From the NCBI GenBank assembly GCA_963765755.1, contig CAVXXV010000004.1, positions 259,036 to 323,035 on the forward strand: 64,000 nucleotides of DNA, in the 5' to 3' direction. Position numbers and translations under genes: made by a program. Source of the DNA: an uncultured Acidobacteriota bacterium (lineage in GTDB: Bacteria > Acidobacteriota > Terriglobia > Terriglobales > Acidobacteriaceae). Of the stretch, positions 34,915 through 44,309 are shown in pieces (position 1 is the stretch's first letter; the number at the start of each line of letters is the position of its first letter). The notes under the pieces are model-generated. The model was not told where the DNA came from. It made no database searches and saw only the letters and a list, made by a program, of their open reading frames with translations.

Positions 34915-37834
34915 TGGAACCGAAAGTTCCATATCCATTGAGCACAGCAGCGAGATATTTTCCCGTGTATGAATTGGGAAGCTTGGCAATCGTCTCTGGT
35001 GTCCCGGTCCCCACCACGTAGCCACCCCGTTCCCCGCCTTCGGGGCCGAGATCAATCACCCAATCGGCCGTCTTGATGACCTCGAGGTTGTGCTCAATGA
35101 CGACGATGGAGCCCCCTGCGTCAATTAGACGGCGGAAAGCCGAAAGAAGTTTGCTGACGTCGTCGAAATGCAATCCCGTGGTCGGCTCATCGAAGATGTA
35201 GAGGATCCTTCGCTTTCTTTGCAGGCCGCTCCCACCCGCCGATGGACGCCCGATTTCACGGGCTGCCGGCTGCAGGTGGGCCGCCAGCTTCATACGCTGC
35301 GCTTCGCCTCCAGAGAGGGTGGTAGCCGATTGCCCGAGGCGCAAGTACCCGAGGCCGACCTCCTCCAAGACCCTGAGCTTTTCCGTAATCTTCGGGACTT
35401 CGGCGAAAAACTTCAGCGACTCCTTCACCGTCAGATTCAAGACTTCATGGATGTTCTTGCCTCGATAGCGAACATCCAGAACCTGCGCCTTGTAACGCGT
35501 CCCCTTACACTCCTCGCACACCAGTTCCACGTCCGCAAGAAACTGCATTTCGACCGTAACCGTGCCGTCGCCCTGGCAGGTTTCGCAGCGGCCTCCCGGA
35601 ATGTTGAATGAGAAGTGTCCCGCGCTGAACCCGCGCTTTTGCGCCTCGGGAAGGGAGGCAAACAAATCGCGGATGGCGTCGAACGCCTTGATGTAGGTAA
35701 CCGGGTTCGAACGTGGAGTGCGCCCGATCGGAGACTGATCGACGAGCACCACCTCATCAAGATAGTCCTCGCCTTCAATGCTGTCCCACTGCGCCGCGAG
35801 CGGCTGCGTGCCATTGGTCCGCTTTTTCGCGCTGCACACCGCATGGTAGAGCACGTCATGCAGGAGACTCGACTTGCCTGAGCCGGAGACCCCGGTGATC
35901 GCGACAATCATCCCCAGCGGAATATTCAGGTCGATGCCCTTCAGGTTATGGGCCCGTGCTCCACGAATCTTGATCTGTTGCGGCCCGGGCTTGCGTCGGT
36001 TGGCTGGGAGCTGGATCCGCAATTCTTCCGCGAGGTACCGGCCGGTGAGGGAAGCAGGATTCTTCTTTATCTCGGCATAAGTCCCGGTCGCGATCACTTT
36101 CCCACCGTTTTCGCCCGCCCCCGGCCCCAGGTCGAGAATCCGGTCCGACGACTTCATGATGTCGGGATCATGCTCGACCACCAGGATCGTATTTCCCAGA
36201 TCCCGCAGATTGTGCAGGATCTTGATCAGCCGGTGAGTATCACGAGAATGCAGGCCAATGGAGGGCTCGTCAAGAACGTAGAGTGTCCCGACCAACCGCG
36301 AGCCAAGCGACGTCGCTAGCTGAATGCGTTGCGCTTCTCCTCCCGAAAGCGTCGAGGCCAGCCGATCGAGCGTCAGATACTCCAGCCCCACATCGTTCAG
36401 GAAGCGAAGCCGCTCGCCAATCTCCACCAGCAACTTGTCTGCGATGGCCGCTTCCTGCGGACGCAGGTCAAGCGACTGGAAGAAGTCCGCGGCCTGCTCG
36501 ACGGTCATGCTGCAAACCTGGCAGATATTGCGCCCGTTAATCTTGACCTGTTGCGCCTCCGGCCGCAGACGCGCACCGCCGCACGTGGTGCACACGGAAT
36601 ACCCGCGGTAGCGGCTCAGGAACACCCGCACGTGCAGCTTGTATTTCTTGCGCTCCAGGTGGGCGAAGAAGCCGCGCACTCCCGGGAATTTTCCTTCGCC
36701 GTCCACGACCAGCTTCTGATGTTCCGGATCGAGGTCCGACCAGGGCACATCGAGCGGGAGCTTTGCTTGTTTTGCGAAGCGACGCAGTTCCGTGAAGAGT
36801 GGCCGATACTTGGGCTTGGTCCACGGCTCGATCGCGCCGTCGTTCAGTGACTTCGACTTGTCGGGAATCACCAGGTCGAGATCGAAATCGATCGTATTTC
36901 CGAAGCCCTGGCAGCGTGGGCAGGCTCCGTACGGGTTATTGAATGAAAACAGGATTGGCTCGGGTTCTTCATAGCGTATGTGATCCTGTTTGCACTCGAA
37001 ACGCTGGCTGAACCGCAATCGCTGGGGAGCTTCGCCTTCGCGTGGCGCCGTCTCAAAGATCACTTCGCCGGATTCGCGATAAGAAGTTTCAATGGCATCC
37101 ACAATGCGTGCGCGGGCATCGGCCGCGACCACCAGGCGGTCGGTTAGCACAAATACAGGCGCGGCGAAGTTGATGTCGAGCAACGACTCTGGAGTTGAGA
37201 ATTCATAGATCTGCCCGTCCTGGTATAGGCGATTGAAGCCCCGCGTGCGCAGATCGAGCAGACGAGTCTTCAACAGATCGCTGGGAAGCCGGGAGAGCTC
37301 GGCGCTCGCTTTCTTGCGTCGCGTTGTTTTCTTCTCAGCCTCGAGCGGGCGGGCGCTCTCCGGCTGAACAGGGAAGAACACCTGCAGACGCGTTTCCTCT
37401 TCCATGGCGAGAATTGCGTCCGCAACCTCATCCACCGCATCCTTCTTCACTTCCTGGCCACACTTCAGGCAGTAGGTGCGCCCGACTCGAGCAAACAAAA
37501 GTCGCAGGTAGTCGTAAATTTCGGTGGCAGTGGCGACCGTCGAGCGTGGATTGCGTGTGGAATTCTTCTGCCGGATGGCAACCGCTGGCGCGATGCCGTC
37601 GATCTGGTCCGCTTCCGGCTTCTCTATGCGCTCCAAAAATTGCCGCGCATAGGCGGAAAGCGATTCGACATAGCGTCTTTGGCCCTCGGCGTAAATCGTG
37701 TCGAACGCAAGAGACGATTTCCCGGACCCGGATACACCAGTAACTACGGTCAGCGTATTATGGCCGATCGTGAAGTCGATATTTTTCAGGTTGTGGACGC
37801 GTGCGCCGCGGACAACGATGGAGTCTGTGGACAT
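34901..37834 (-). CDS. uvrA: Excinuclease ABC subunit A
   Basis: 977 aa, two ABC ATPase modules (GVSGSGKSSLAFDT, GVSGSGKSSLLHD) and zinc-finger CxxC pairs. Confidence 0.97.
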   Translation of the reverse strand: MSTDSIVVRGARVHNLKNIDFTIGHNTLTVVTGVSGSGKSSLAFDTIYAEGQRRYVESLSAYARQFLERIEKPEADQIDGIAPAVAIRQKNSTRNPRSTVATATEIYDYLRLLFARVGRTYCLKCGQEVKKDAVDEVADAILAMEEETRLQVFFPVQPESARPLEAEKKTTRRKKASAELSRLPSDLLKTRLLDLRTRGFNRLYQDGQIYEFSTPESLLDINFAAPVFVLTDRLVVAADARARIVDAIETSYRESGEVIFETAPREGEAPQRLRFSQRFECKQDHIRYEEPEPILFSFNNPYGACPRCQGFGNTIDFDLDLVIPDKSKSLNDGAIEPWTKPKYRPLFTELRRFAKQAKLPLDVPWSDLDPEHQKLVVDGEGKFPGVRGFFAHLERKKYKLHVRVFLSRYRGYSVCTTCGGARLRPEAQQVKINGRNICQVCSMTVEQAADFFQSLDLRPQEAAIADKLLVEIGERLRFLNDVGLEYLTLDRLASTLSGGEAQRIQLATSLGSRLVGTLYVLDEPSIGLHSRDTHRLIKILHNLRDLGNTILVVEHDPDIMKSSDRILDLGPGAGENGGKVIATGTYAEIKKNPASLTGRYLAEELRIQLPANRRKPGPQQIKIRGARAHNLKGIDLNIPLGMIVAITGVSGSGKSSLLHDVLYHAVCSAKKRTNGTQPLAAQWDSIEGEDYLDEVVLVDQSPIGRTPRSNPVTYIKAFDAIRDLFASLPEAQKRGFSAGHFSFNIPGGRCETCQGDGTVTVEMQFLADVELVCEECKGTRYKAQVLDVRYRGKNIHEVLNLTVKESLKFFAEVPKITEKLRVLEEVGLGYLRLGQSATTLSGGEAQRMKLAAHLQPAAREIGRPSAGGSGLQRKRRILYIFDEPTTGLHFDDVSKLLSAFRRLIDAGGSIVVIEHNLEVIKTADWVIDLGPEGGERGGYVVGTGTPETIAKLPNSYTGKYLAAVLNGYGTFGSNGHK

Positions 37835-37928
37835 CTGCTAAAGGGACCGCCGCAAGCCCGAAGCCGGCCTGATTGCAGCTATTGGTACGGTGTACAGGAC
37901 AGGCTGGCGAGCTTACGGAATCTCTCTA

Positions 37929-38099
37929 TTATACGGCACGCGACAGGGATGGCTCGGTGAGACGGTCGTCAGCGCGGCGGTTTTGTGGAAGTGGGATATT
38001 AGGGTGGCGAGGCGCGAAGATAAGCGCGAGCATCGCGCCCACGCCAACTCCCGCAAGCAAAAACGTCACCGCGGTGCGGGGATCGTATCGCGTTTGCAT
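37929..38099 (-). CDS. Small YtxH-like membrane protein
   Basis: The ATG at 38099 is preceded by GGAG. The TM segment FLLAGVGVGAMLALIFAP resembles the YtxH N-terminus. Confidence 0.4.
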   Translation of the reverse strand: MQTRYDPRTAVTFLLAGVGVGAMLALIFAPRHPNIPLPQNRRADDRLTEPSLSRAV

Positions 38100-38178
38100 G
38101 GCAACTCCTAAATGAAGCGGCGTACCCGACACAGCGTCGTGCACGCCGCGAACTTACGAATTGATCAGCGTGGTTGGG

Positions 38179-38550
38179 TTAGGAGATCCCCTGGATGCTG
38201 TCCACGTGGATCACGTTGGTGGACGAATCCAGAGTTCCGGTCACCTTCACCTGCTTGCCTTCGTACTCCTTCACCTTGCTGTCGTCGTCAACCTTGTAGC
38301 TGACGTTCGCCGAAGAATCCTTCAGCATCATCGCGCCCTTTTCCTTCACGATCGTTCCCGTGAATTCTTTGGAGCTCTGGGCCGAAGTGGGTGCGGACTG
38401 CGCTGCGCCCGGCGCGGGTTGCGACTGGCTCGGCTGTGTTGCCTGCGGGTCGCTCTGACCCGGCTTCGCGTCTTGCGCATACAGCGAACCCATGGTGGCC
38501 ACGCCCAAGGTAAGGGCTAATACTGATCCGCGGATAAAGTAGTTCTTCAT
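38179..38550 (-). CDS. Small secreted protein (DUF5818-like)
   Basis: The ATG at 38550 is preceded by GGAGGAG. Signal peptide, Gln/Pro-rich linker, then FTGTIVKEKGAMMLKD...GKQVKVTGTLDSSTNVIHVDSI. Confidence 0.6.
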   Translation of the reverse strand: MKNYFIRGSVLALTLGVATMGSLYAQDAKPGQSDPQATQPSQSQPAPGAAQSAPTSAQSSKEFTGTIVKEKGAMMLKDSSANVSYKVDDDSKVKEYEGKQVKVTGTLDSSTNVIHVDSIQGIS

Positions 38551-38596
38551 GAAACTCCTCCTGGAAGAAAATGTCGCTGCTGTTGCAGGACTAAAG

Positions 38597-38612
38597 TGCA
38601 AACGGCGTGCCA
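38597..38612 (-). promoter_or_regulatory. Sigma-54 (-24/-12) promoter candidate for the 38550 gene
   Basis: The minus strand reads TGGCACGCCGTTTGCA, a full match to TGGCACG-N4-TTGCW. Its -12 end is about 47 nt upstream of the ATG. Confidence 0.55.
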
Positions 38613-38819
38613 AAGCGTCCCGAGCCGTTGCACATTGAGAAAGTGCTTTGCTTCTCGCGTTCTGCTGTGGTGGTCATGAAATTTAAACTTCATCGCGTGC
38701 AAAACTTTCTTGGCAGAATTTTCCACAGCAGCGACAATCTGTCCTACAGGCAGCGCAAAAACTACATAAAAACAGAACCATTGCGAACTTCTACCGTGAA
38801 TCAAGGAGCGCAATGCTTT

Positions 38820-38835
38820 TGGCACTCGTGATGCA
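38820..38835 (+). promoter_or_regulatory. Sigma-54 (-24/-12) promoter candidate for the 38907 gene
   Basis: TGGCACTCGTGATGCA has GG and GC at the correct spacing and one mismatch in the -12 element. It ends about 70 nt upstream of the GTG start. Confidence 0.5.
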
Positions 38836-38906
38836 ATGGAACATGGGTAAGCCATTTTTGCGCATTGGATGCTTGCTCGCATGTCTAGTGTGCCAGGAGG
38901 CCACGA

Positions 38907-39473
38907 GTGGATTCCCAGCCAAGCAGGTCGGCGGCCTACGGAATTTTTCCGCTGGACGCTCGTCTTGATCAGATTGTGAGTTCGCTCAACGCGGCCGGTT
39001 TTGAAACGAGTACCATCTGTGTCTTCCTTCCGCCTACGCACCCGGTTGCTGATGAGGTCCGCAGCGTGAAATCGTCTTCGGGTGAATTGTCCCAAGAACA
39101 CGAATACGATCGCGTGGTGGCATGGCTTGCGACCTTAGGCGGAGTGGTGATTCCGGACGTCGGCTTCTTCGTAGGGGCGAGTGGGTATCTGCATGCAGTG
39201 GCCTGCGGCATATGCCGGCCCGGCGACAAAAGCACCGGAGCATTGGCCAACCTCGGAATCCCGTCAGACGCGGCAATGCGCTACGAAGCCCGGACCCGGG
39301 AGGACGCCAGTCTGGTATTTGTCCGTTGCGATGGATCGGCGCAGTCGGAGTGGGCGCGAGAGATTCTACGTTTGCTGCGTGCGGAAGAAGTGTGCGTACT
39401 GGGAGAGCAGGCGGAGATGGAGTGTGATCCGCCGTCTGCCGATTCAAATCTGATTATGTTCCGGCCGACGTAG
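38907..39473 (+). CDS. Hypothetical protein, possibly general-stress YflT/DUF1269-like
   Basis: GTG start 6 nt after AGGAGG. N-terminal YGIFP...LNAAGF and a later LGIPSDAAMRYEARTREDASLVFV resemble YflT-type repeats. Confidence 0.45.
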   Translation: MDSQPSRSAAYGIFPLDARLDQIVSSLNAAGFETSTICVFLPPTHPVADEVRSVKSSSGELSQEHEYDRVVAWLATLGGVVIPDVGFFVGASGYLHAVACGICRPGDKSTGALANLGIPSDAAMRYEARTREDASLVFVRCDGSAQSEWAREILRLLRAEEVCVLGEQAEMECDPPSADSNLIMFRPT

Positions 39474-39481
39474 GCTGGAGT

Positions 39482-39712
39482 CTATTGACGTTCCTGATCG
39501 CGGCGGCGTCCGTATCGAAATGCCAGCCCCACTCCAATACTCATAAAGCCCAGCGGCGGAAGCAGCAGCACGAGCACGCCACGGCTGATGGCGCGCTGGC
39601 CGTCCTTAGTGGCGCCGCTGGCATTCGCGTAGCACATTGCGCAACCTTGTCCGAAGGCAGGCATCACCCACAGACCCATCGTCAGGATCGAGATGGCAGC
39701 GGCTTTCTTCAT
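39482..39712 (-). CDS. Small membrane protein with a CxxC motif, coupled to the oxidase operon
   Basis: The ATG at 39712 forms an ATGA overlap with the subunit IV stop. Signal peptide or TM, GCAMCY, then a second TM. Confidence 0.45.
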   Translation of the reverse strand: MKKAAAISILTMGLWVMPAFGQGCAMCYANASGATKDGQRAISRGVLVLLLPPLGFMSIGVGLAFRYGRRRDQERQ

Positions 39713-40023
39713 TTCACTCCCAGCTGGATGATGCGGTTTGCATCCCGGAAGAAGAAGATCCACATCAACGCGAAGCAGGCCGTGACAGAAATCGTCAGCA
39801 GCCACCGCATTGAGGGCACCTCCGATTTCAGGTGCATGAAATACATCGTGATCAATCCGGCTTTGACCACGGAGAGGACCAGCAGAACCTCCAGCATCTG
39901 TACGGGCTGCAGTACTTGCCGGTAAGCGAGTACCACTTCAACCGCGGTGAGAAGCAGGAGTGCGGCCCACACCCACAGATAAGTTGCCTTGCTGTCTCCG
40001 TGTGCTGCAGTCGTGTCATGCAT
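39709..40023 (-). CDS. Cytochrome c oxidase subunit IV (bacterial CoxD-like)
   Basis: 104 aa from the ATG at 40023, three TM segments, positioned after subunit III. Confidence 0.65.
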   Translation of the reverse strand: MHDTTAAHGDSKATYLWVWAALLLLTAVEVVLAYRQVLQPVQMLEVLLVLSVVKAGLITMYFMHLKSEVPSMRWLLTISVTACFALMWIFFFRDANRIIQLGVK

Positions 40024-40046
40024 CGTAGAGTTCTCCGTTGGTTCAA

Positions 40047-40802
40047 CTACACCTTGGTAGACATTAGATAGACCAGCGGGAAGATAAACATCCAGACCAG
40101 ATCGACGAAGTGCCAATACAAACCAGCGACCTCGACGTCATTGGCATCATAATCCTTGGGTTTCAGGAACAGCACCACAGCTGACACGATTGCGCCCACC
40201 AGCAGCACGTGAATGCCGAGGTGGAAAACGCTGTCTGCTGGCGTAGCCAGCCAGCCGATCAGCCACAGCCCGAGCAGCACCGGCAAAAACTTTTTCCGCA
40301 GAGCAATGACGCCCAGATAGATCACTCCAATGGTGACGTGCAGCATGTGCATTCCGGTCAAGGTAAAGAACGTCCCGCCAAATAGCGGTACGGAGGACCA
40401 CGGATTGCCGGAGGGAGTCATCTTTTCGGCGATCAGCTTGGTCCACTCCATCCCGTGCAGCACGGTAAACGCTGCGCCAAAGAACATCGTGGCCAGCAGC
40501 CAGTTTCGGGCCCAGGGCTTGTCTCCGCGATTCGCGGCCATCACCGCCAGCACCATGGTCAACGAACTCGACAGCAGGCAAGCGGTCATGACGGTGGCAT
40601 TGGCAATGCTCTCTTTGCCAAACGGCGTCGGCCACGCTGGATTGGAAATGCGGCCGTAGCTGTAAGCAAAGAGCAGGGCTCCGAAGGTCAGGGAATCGGA
40701 GGCGAGGAACAGCCACATGCCAATCTTCTTCGAATAGGTGCCAAACAGGGACGGTTCGAACTCGCCCTGTGCGTTATGAGCCACATGCTGCACCGTTGCC
40801 AT
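40047..40802 (-). CDS. ctaE: Heme-copper oxidase subunit III
   Basis: 251 aa, multi-TM, with [17 protein letters not shown] at the C-terminus typical of subunit III. Confidence 0.85.
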   Translation of the reverse strand: MATVQHVAHNAQGEFEPSLFGTYSKKIGMWLFLASDSLTFGALLFAYSYGRISNPAWPTPFGKESIANATVMTACLLSSSLTMVLAVMAANRGDKPWARNWLLATMFFGAAFTVLHGMEWTKLIAEKMTPSGNPWSSVPLFGGTFFTLTGMHMLHVTIGVIYLGVIALRKKFLPVLLGLWLIGWLATPADSVFHLGIHVLLVGAIVSAVVLFLKPKDYDANDVEVAGLYWHFVDLVWMFIFPLVYLMSTKV

Positions 40803-40824
40803 CGTCAGGCGTCTCCTTGGAGAG

Positions 40825-41577
40825 CTATCGAACGATCATCAGCAAAACCAAAATATAAATCCACAGCAATGCCATGAAATGCCAGTACCACGCAGTGACA
40901 TCGACCACGATTCTCTGAGCCTCGATCGGCTTGTGCATCAGCCATGCCGAGGCCCCCGCATAGACCAGCGCAATGATCCCGCCAGCCAGGTGGATCGCGT
41001 GGGTTGCAAAAAGCAAGTACGTGAACGAACTGCTCGGGCTGGTGTTCACGAAGAAGCTGTGCGAGCGCAAGACATCCCACAACACGAGCTGTCCGGCGAG
41101 AAATCCCAGCCCGAGAACCACAGTCATTCCCAGCCAAGGGAACCCTCGCTCGTCGCCCAGTGAAACGCCAGGAATCGACTTCACCGGAGCCAGCGCCGCT
41201 CGCCTGGCAATCGCGCGGCGCGCAAACTCAATGGTCACGCTGCTTAACAGGAGGACGAAGGTATTGACCATCAGCAACGTCCACGGCAGGCGAAGCGTAA
41301 TCCAGTCCCGGGAATACGTGTTTGTCTGCGCGTCAAAAGAGGGCAGCCCTTTGCGCACGAGCAACGCGCTGGTAAAGCCCACGAACAGCATGAATACGGC
41401 CGTCAGTCCCAGCACCAGTCCTAGCCGGGCCCGGCGCAGGCGCTCGCCGTAATTGAACGCGCCATTACTAGCGCCGTCGTTCCCATCGCCCCCGCCGCCG
41501 TATGACGGAGGACTCCCGCCTCCCGCATCGCGGGATCCCGGGACTTTGATTGCAAGATTCGGAGCCAAGGTCGACAT
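40825..41577 (-). CDS. Second heme-copper oxidase subunit III-family protein
   Basis: 250 aa with C-terminal [17 protein letters not shown] and a Gly-rich N-terminal extension. Confidence 0.75.
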   Translation of the reverse strand: MSTLAPNLAIKVPGSRDAGGGSPPSYGGGGDGNDGASNGAFNYGERLRRARLGLVLGLTAVFMLFVGFTSALLVRKGLPSFDAQTNTYSRDWITLRLPWTLLMVNTFVLLLSSVTIEFARRAIARRAALAPVKSIPGVSLGDERGFPWLGMTVVLGLGFLAGQLVLWDVLRSHSFFVNTSPSSSFTYLLFATHAIHLAGGIIALVYAGASAWLMHKPIEAQRIVVDVTAWYWHFMALLWIYILVLLMIVR

Positions 41578-41590
41578 ACCCGTTTCTGGT

Positions 41591-43324
41591 CTAGTGCGAT
41601 GCTCCGATCGCCGGATCGGTTTGCATCACAAAATCGCGCGCCGCTCCAGGAACTGCGTATTCGTACGGACCGTTATGCACGACCGGCGTGTGCCCAGCGA
41701 AATTGTCGTGCGGTGGAGGGGTGGCGGTCGTCCACTCCAGGGTGGTCGCATCCCAAGGGTTGTCCGTTGCTTTCGTCCCTTTGAGCATGCTCCAGAACAG
41801 ATTGAAGACGAAGATAAGCTGCCCCCCGATCGTAATGAAGGCCGCGTACGTCATGAACTTCTGTACGGGGATCAGCGGATGCAGGTAGGCCAGTTCGGTC
41901 AGCTGCGAGTAGCGTCGCGGATGACCGGCCATGCCCAGATAGTGCATGGGCATGAAAATGGCGTAGGTGCCGATGAAGGTGATCCAGAAATGGATCTTGC
42001 CCATCCCCTCATTCATCATTCGGCCGAACATCTTGGGGAACCAGTAATAGGTCGCCGCGAAAATTCCAAAAATGGCCGCAACGCCCATGATCAGGTGGAA
42101 GTGGCCGACGACGAAATAAGTATCGTGCAGGGGAATATCGAGCGTAGGCTGTGCCAGGAACGGCCCGCTCAGGCCACCGGACACGAACAAAGACACAAAG
42201 CCAATGGCAAACAGCATCGGCGTATAGAACCGCACGCGACCCTTATAGAGGGTGCCCAGCCAGTTGAATGTTTTGATCGCCGAGGGAACGCCGATCGCCA
42301 TGGTCAGCAGCGAGAACGCAAATGCCGAGTACGGGCTCATCCCGCTCATGAACATGTGATGTCCCCAGACCATGAAGCCCAGGAACCCGATGGCCAGCAT
42401 CGCGTACACCATCGCGCGATAACCGAAAATCGGCTTGCGCGAGAACGTCGACAGCACCTGCGACGCCACGCCCATGCCGGGCAGAATCGCGATGTATACC
42501 TCAGGATGCCCGAAGAACCAGAACAAGTGCTGCCACAGCAGGGGCGATCCGCCCTTGTGCGCAGTTAATTGCCCGTTGATCACATCCACGGGCACGAAGA
42601 AACTTGTGCCCAGGTTGCGATCCATCAAAAGCAGAATGCCCGCTGAGAGCAGAACTCCGAACGCCAGCAGTCCAAGAATTGCGGTGATGAACCATGACCA
42701 CACGGTTAGCGGCATGCGCATCATCGTCATGCCCCGGGCGCGCAGGTCGAGCGTCGTCGTGATGAAGTTCAGCGCGCCCATTAACGACGCGGCGCAGAAG
42801 ATCGCGATGCTCGTGATCCAAAGATCCGCGCCCAGTCCCTCGCCTGGCCCCGCAGACTGAATTGCGCTCAATGGCGGATAACCCGTCCAACCATGCAGAG
42901 GCGCGCCGCCCGCCACAAAGAACGAAGCCAGCATGATCACGAACGCCACGAACGTCGTCCAGAACGACAACATATTCAGGACTGGGAACGCCATGTCGGG
43001 CGCACCAATCTGAATCGGCAGGAAGTAGTTGCCGAAACCACCCTGCGGTGCCGTGGTCAGCACGAAGAACACCATGATGGTGCCGTGCATGGTCAGCAGG
43101 CTAAGGTACGCTTCCGGCGCGATATGTCCGACGAGCGGCAGATTCGCTTCGGGCCAGATCAGGTGAATGCGCATGAATAACGACAGGACCATGCCCACCC
43201 ACACCGCCGTCAGTGCCAGGAAAAAGTACTGGATCCCAATGATCTTGTGATCGAGGCTGAAGATATATTTCCGTATAAAGCCCTGCGGGGCCGCGTGCGC
43301 GTGCGCCACTTCCGAGGTAGCCAT
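41591..43324 (-). CDS. ctaD: Cytochrome c oxidase subunit I
   Basis: The ATG at 43324 overlaps the subunit II stop (TAATG). FFGHPEVYI, GMPRR-like HPRRY, 12 TM segments. Confidence 0.95.
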   Translation of the reverse strand: MATSEVAHAHAAPQGFIRKYIFSLDHKIIGIQYFFLALTAVWVGMVLSLFMRIHLIWPEANLPLVGHIAPEAYLSLLTMHGTIMVFFVLTTAPQGGFGNYFLPIQIGAPDMAFPVLNMLSFWTTFVAFVIMLASFFVAGGAPLHGWTGYPPLSAIQSAGPGEGLGADLWITSIAIFCAASLMGALNFITTTLDLRARGMTMMRMPLTVWSWFITAILGLLAFGVLLSAGILLLMDRNLGTSFFVPVDVINGQLTAHKGGSPLLWQHLFWFFGHPEVYIAILPGMGVASQVLSTFSRKPIFGYRAMVYAMLAIGFLGFMVWGHHMFMSGMSPYSAFAFSLLTMAIGVPSAIKTFNWLGTLYKGRVRFYTPMLFAIGFVSLFVSGGLSGPFLAQPTLDIPLHDTYFVVGHFHLIMGVAAIFGIFAATYYWFPKMFGRMMNEGMGKIHFWITFIGTYAIFMPMHYLGMAGHPRRYSQLTELAYLHPLIPVQKFMTYAAFITIGGQLIFVFNLFWSMLKGTKATDNPWDATTLEWTTATPPPHDNFAGHTPVVHNGPYEYAVPGAARDFVMQTDPAIGASH

Positions 43325-44130
43325 TACTGTTTCTCCGCCTCCCGTGCGGCTAGCCACTTGTCGAAGTCTTCCTGGCTGACGACCTTCAACATGCCGTGCA
43401 TCTTGTAGTGCCCCAGCCCGCACAGTTCCGCGCAGGCAATCTCGTAGTCGCCAATCTGCGTGGGCGTGAAATGCATGTGAATAGCAAGCCCAGGCACCGC
43501 GTCCTGCTTGAAGCGCATGTTCGGCACGAAGAAGCTGTGGATCACGTCGACGGCGCGCAAGGTCAAATCCACTTGCCGGTTGACGGGGAGGAACATCGTG
43601 CCCGTCACGACATCATCCTTCGCCGCCGGATCGCCTGTGTCGAGGCCGATCGCCGCTTCGCTGCCCGAGGAAGGGTCCATCAGCTTGGGACTGGTCAACC
43701 CGAATTTTCCGTCAGCTCCCGCGTACCGGAAGTACCAGGCAAACTGCATGCCCGTGACCTCCACCGGAATCGCGGAAGCACTGGCCGGCTCGAAGCGCTC
43801 GGCCGCCCAGATCTTGCTGCCCATCAGGTTCATCCCGACAAACAGGATGGCCGTCAGCACGGTCCACACAATCTCCATCGTCGTGTTGCCGTGCGAGTAG
43901 TCAGCCGGCGCCGTGGTTTTGCGATCCCGGTACATCCACACGAACAATCCAAGGGAGCATTGCGCCAGAACGAACACGACTCCCATAATGATGTAGGTGT
44001 TGACGAACTGGTGATCGATGCCGGCGGCTGCCGCGGACGCGCCGGTCGGGAGCCACCACGGGTGCCAGATAAAGAAGTATGTGCTGACGAAGGTGATCAA
44101 CCAGATAACCGCCAGAAGAGCAAGGCCCAT
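43324..44130 (-). CDS. ctaC: Cytochrome c oxidase subunit II (CuA, no fused cytochrome c)
   Basis: CuA ligands HSFFVP and CAELCGLGHYKMHG, with two N-terminal TM segments. Confidence 0.9.
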   Translation of the reverse strand: MGLALLAVIWLITFVSTYFFIWHPWWLPTGASAAAAGIDHQFVNTYIIMGVVFVLAQCSLGLFVWMYRDRKTTAPADYSHGNTTMEIVWTVLTAILFVGMNLMGSKIWAAERFEPASASAIPVEVTGMQFAWYFRYAGADGKFGLTSPKLMDPSSGSEAAIGLDTGDPAAKDDVVTGTMFLPVNRQVDLTLRAVDVIHSFFVPNMRFKQDAVPGLAIHMHFTPTQIGDYEIACAELCGLGHYKMHGMLKVVSQEDFDKWLAAREAEKQ

Positions 44131-44309
44131 CTACAACGACCTCCAAGGGTCGATTTTCCGCACACCGCAGCGCGAAAGAAACGCAAAACTGCGGATGGCC
44201 GGGAAGTCTATCACAGCCGTATGTGACAAACGCAAGCTTCGCGTTTGTTGCCAGGCACGTTCGGTACGTCACCGAACATTCGACAGGCACACGCTACAAT
44301 CATCGCGGT

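Noticed and set aside
41453-42568. A 371-aa plus-strand ORF.
   Set aside because: It is antisense to cytochrome oxidase subunit I, which is unambiguous. Its Arg/His-rich composition marks it as a shadow ORF.
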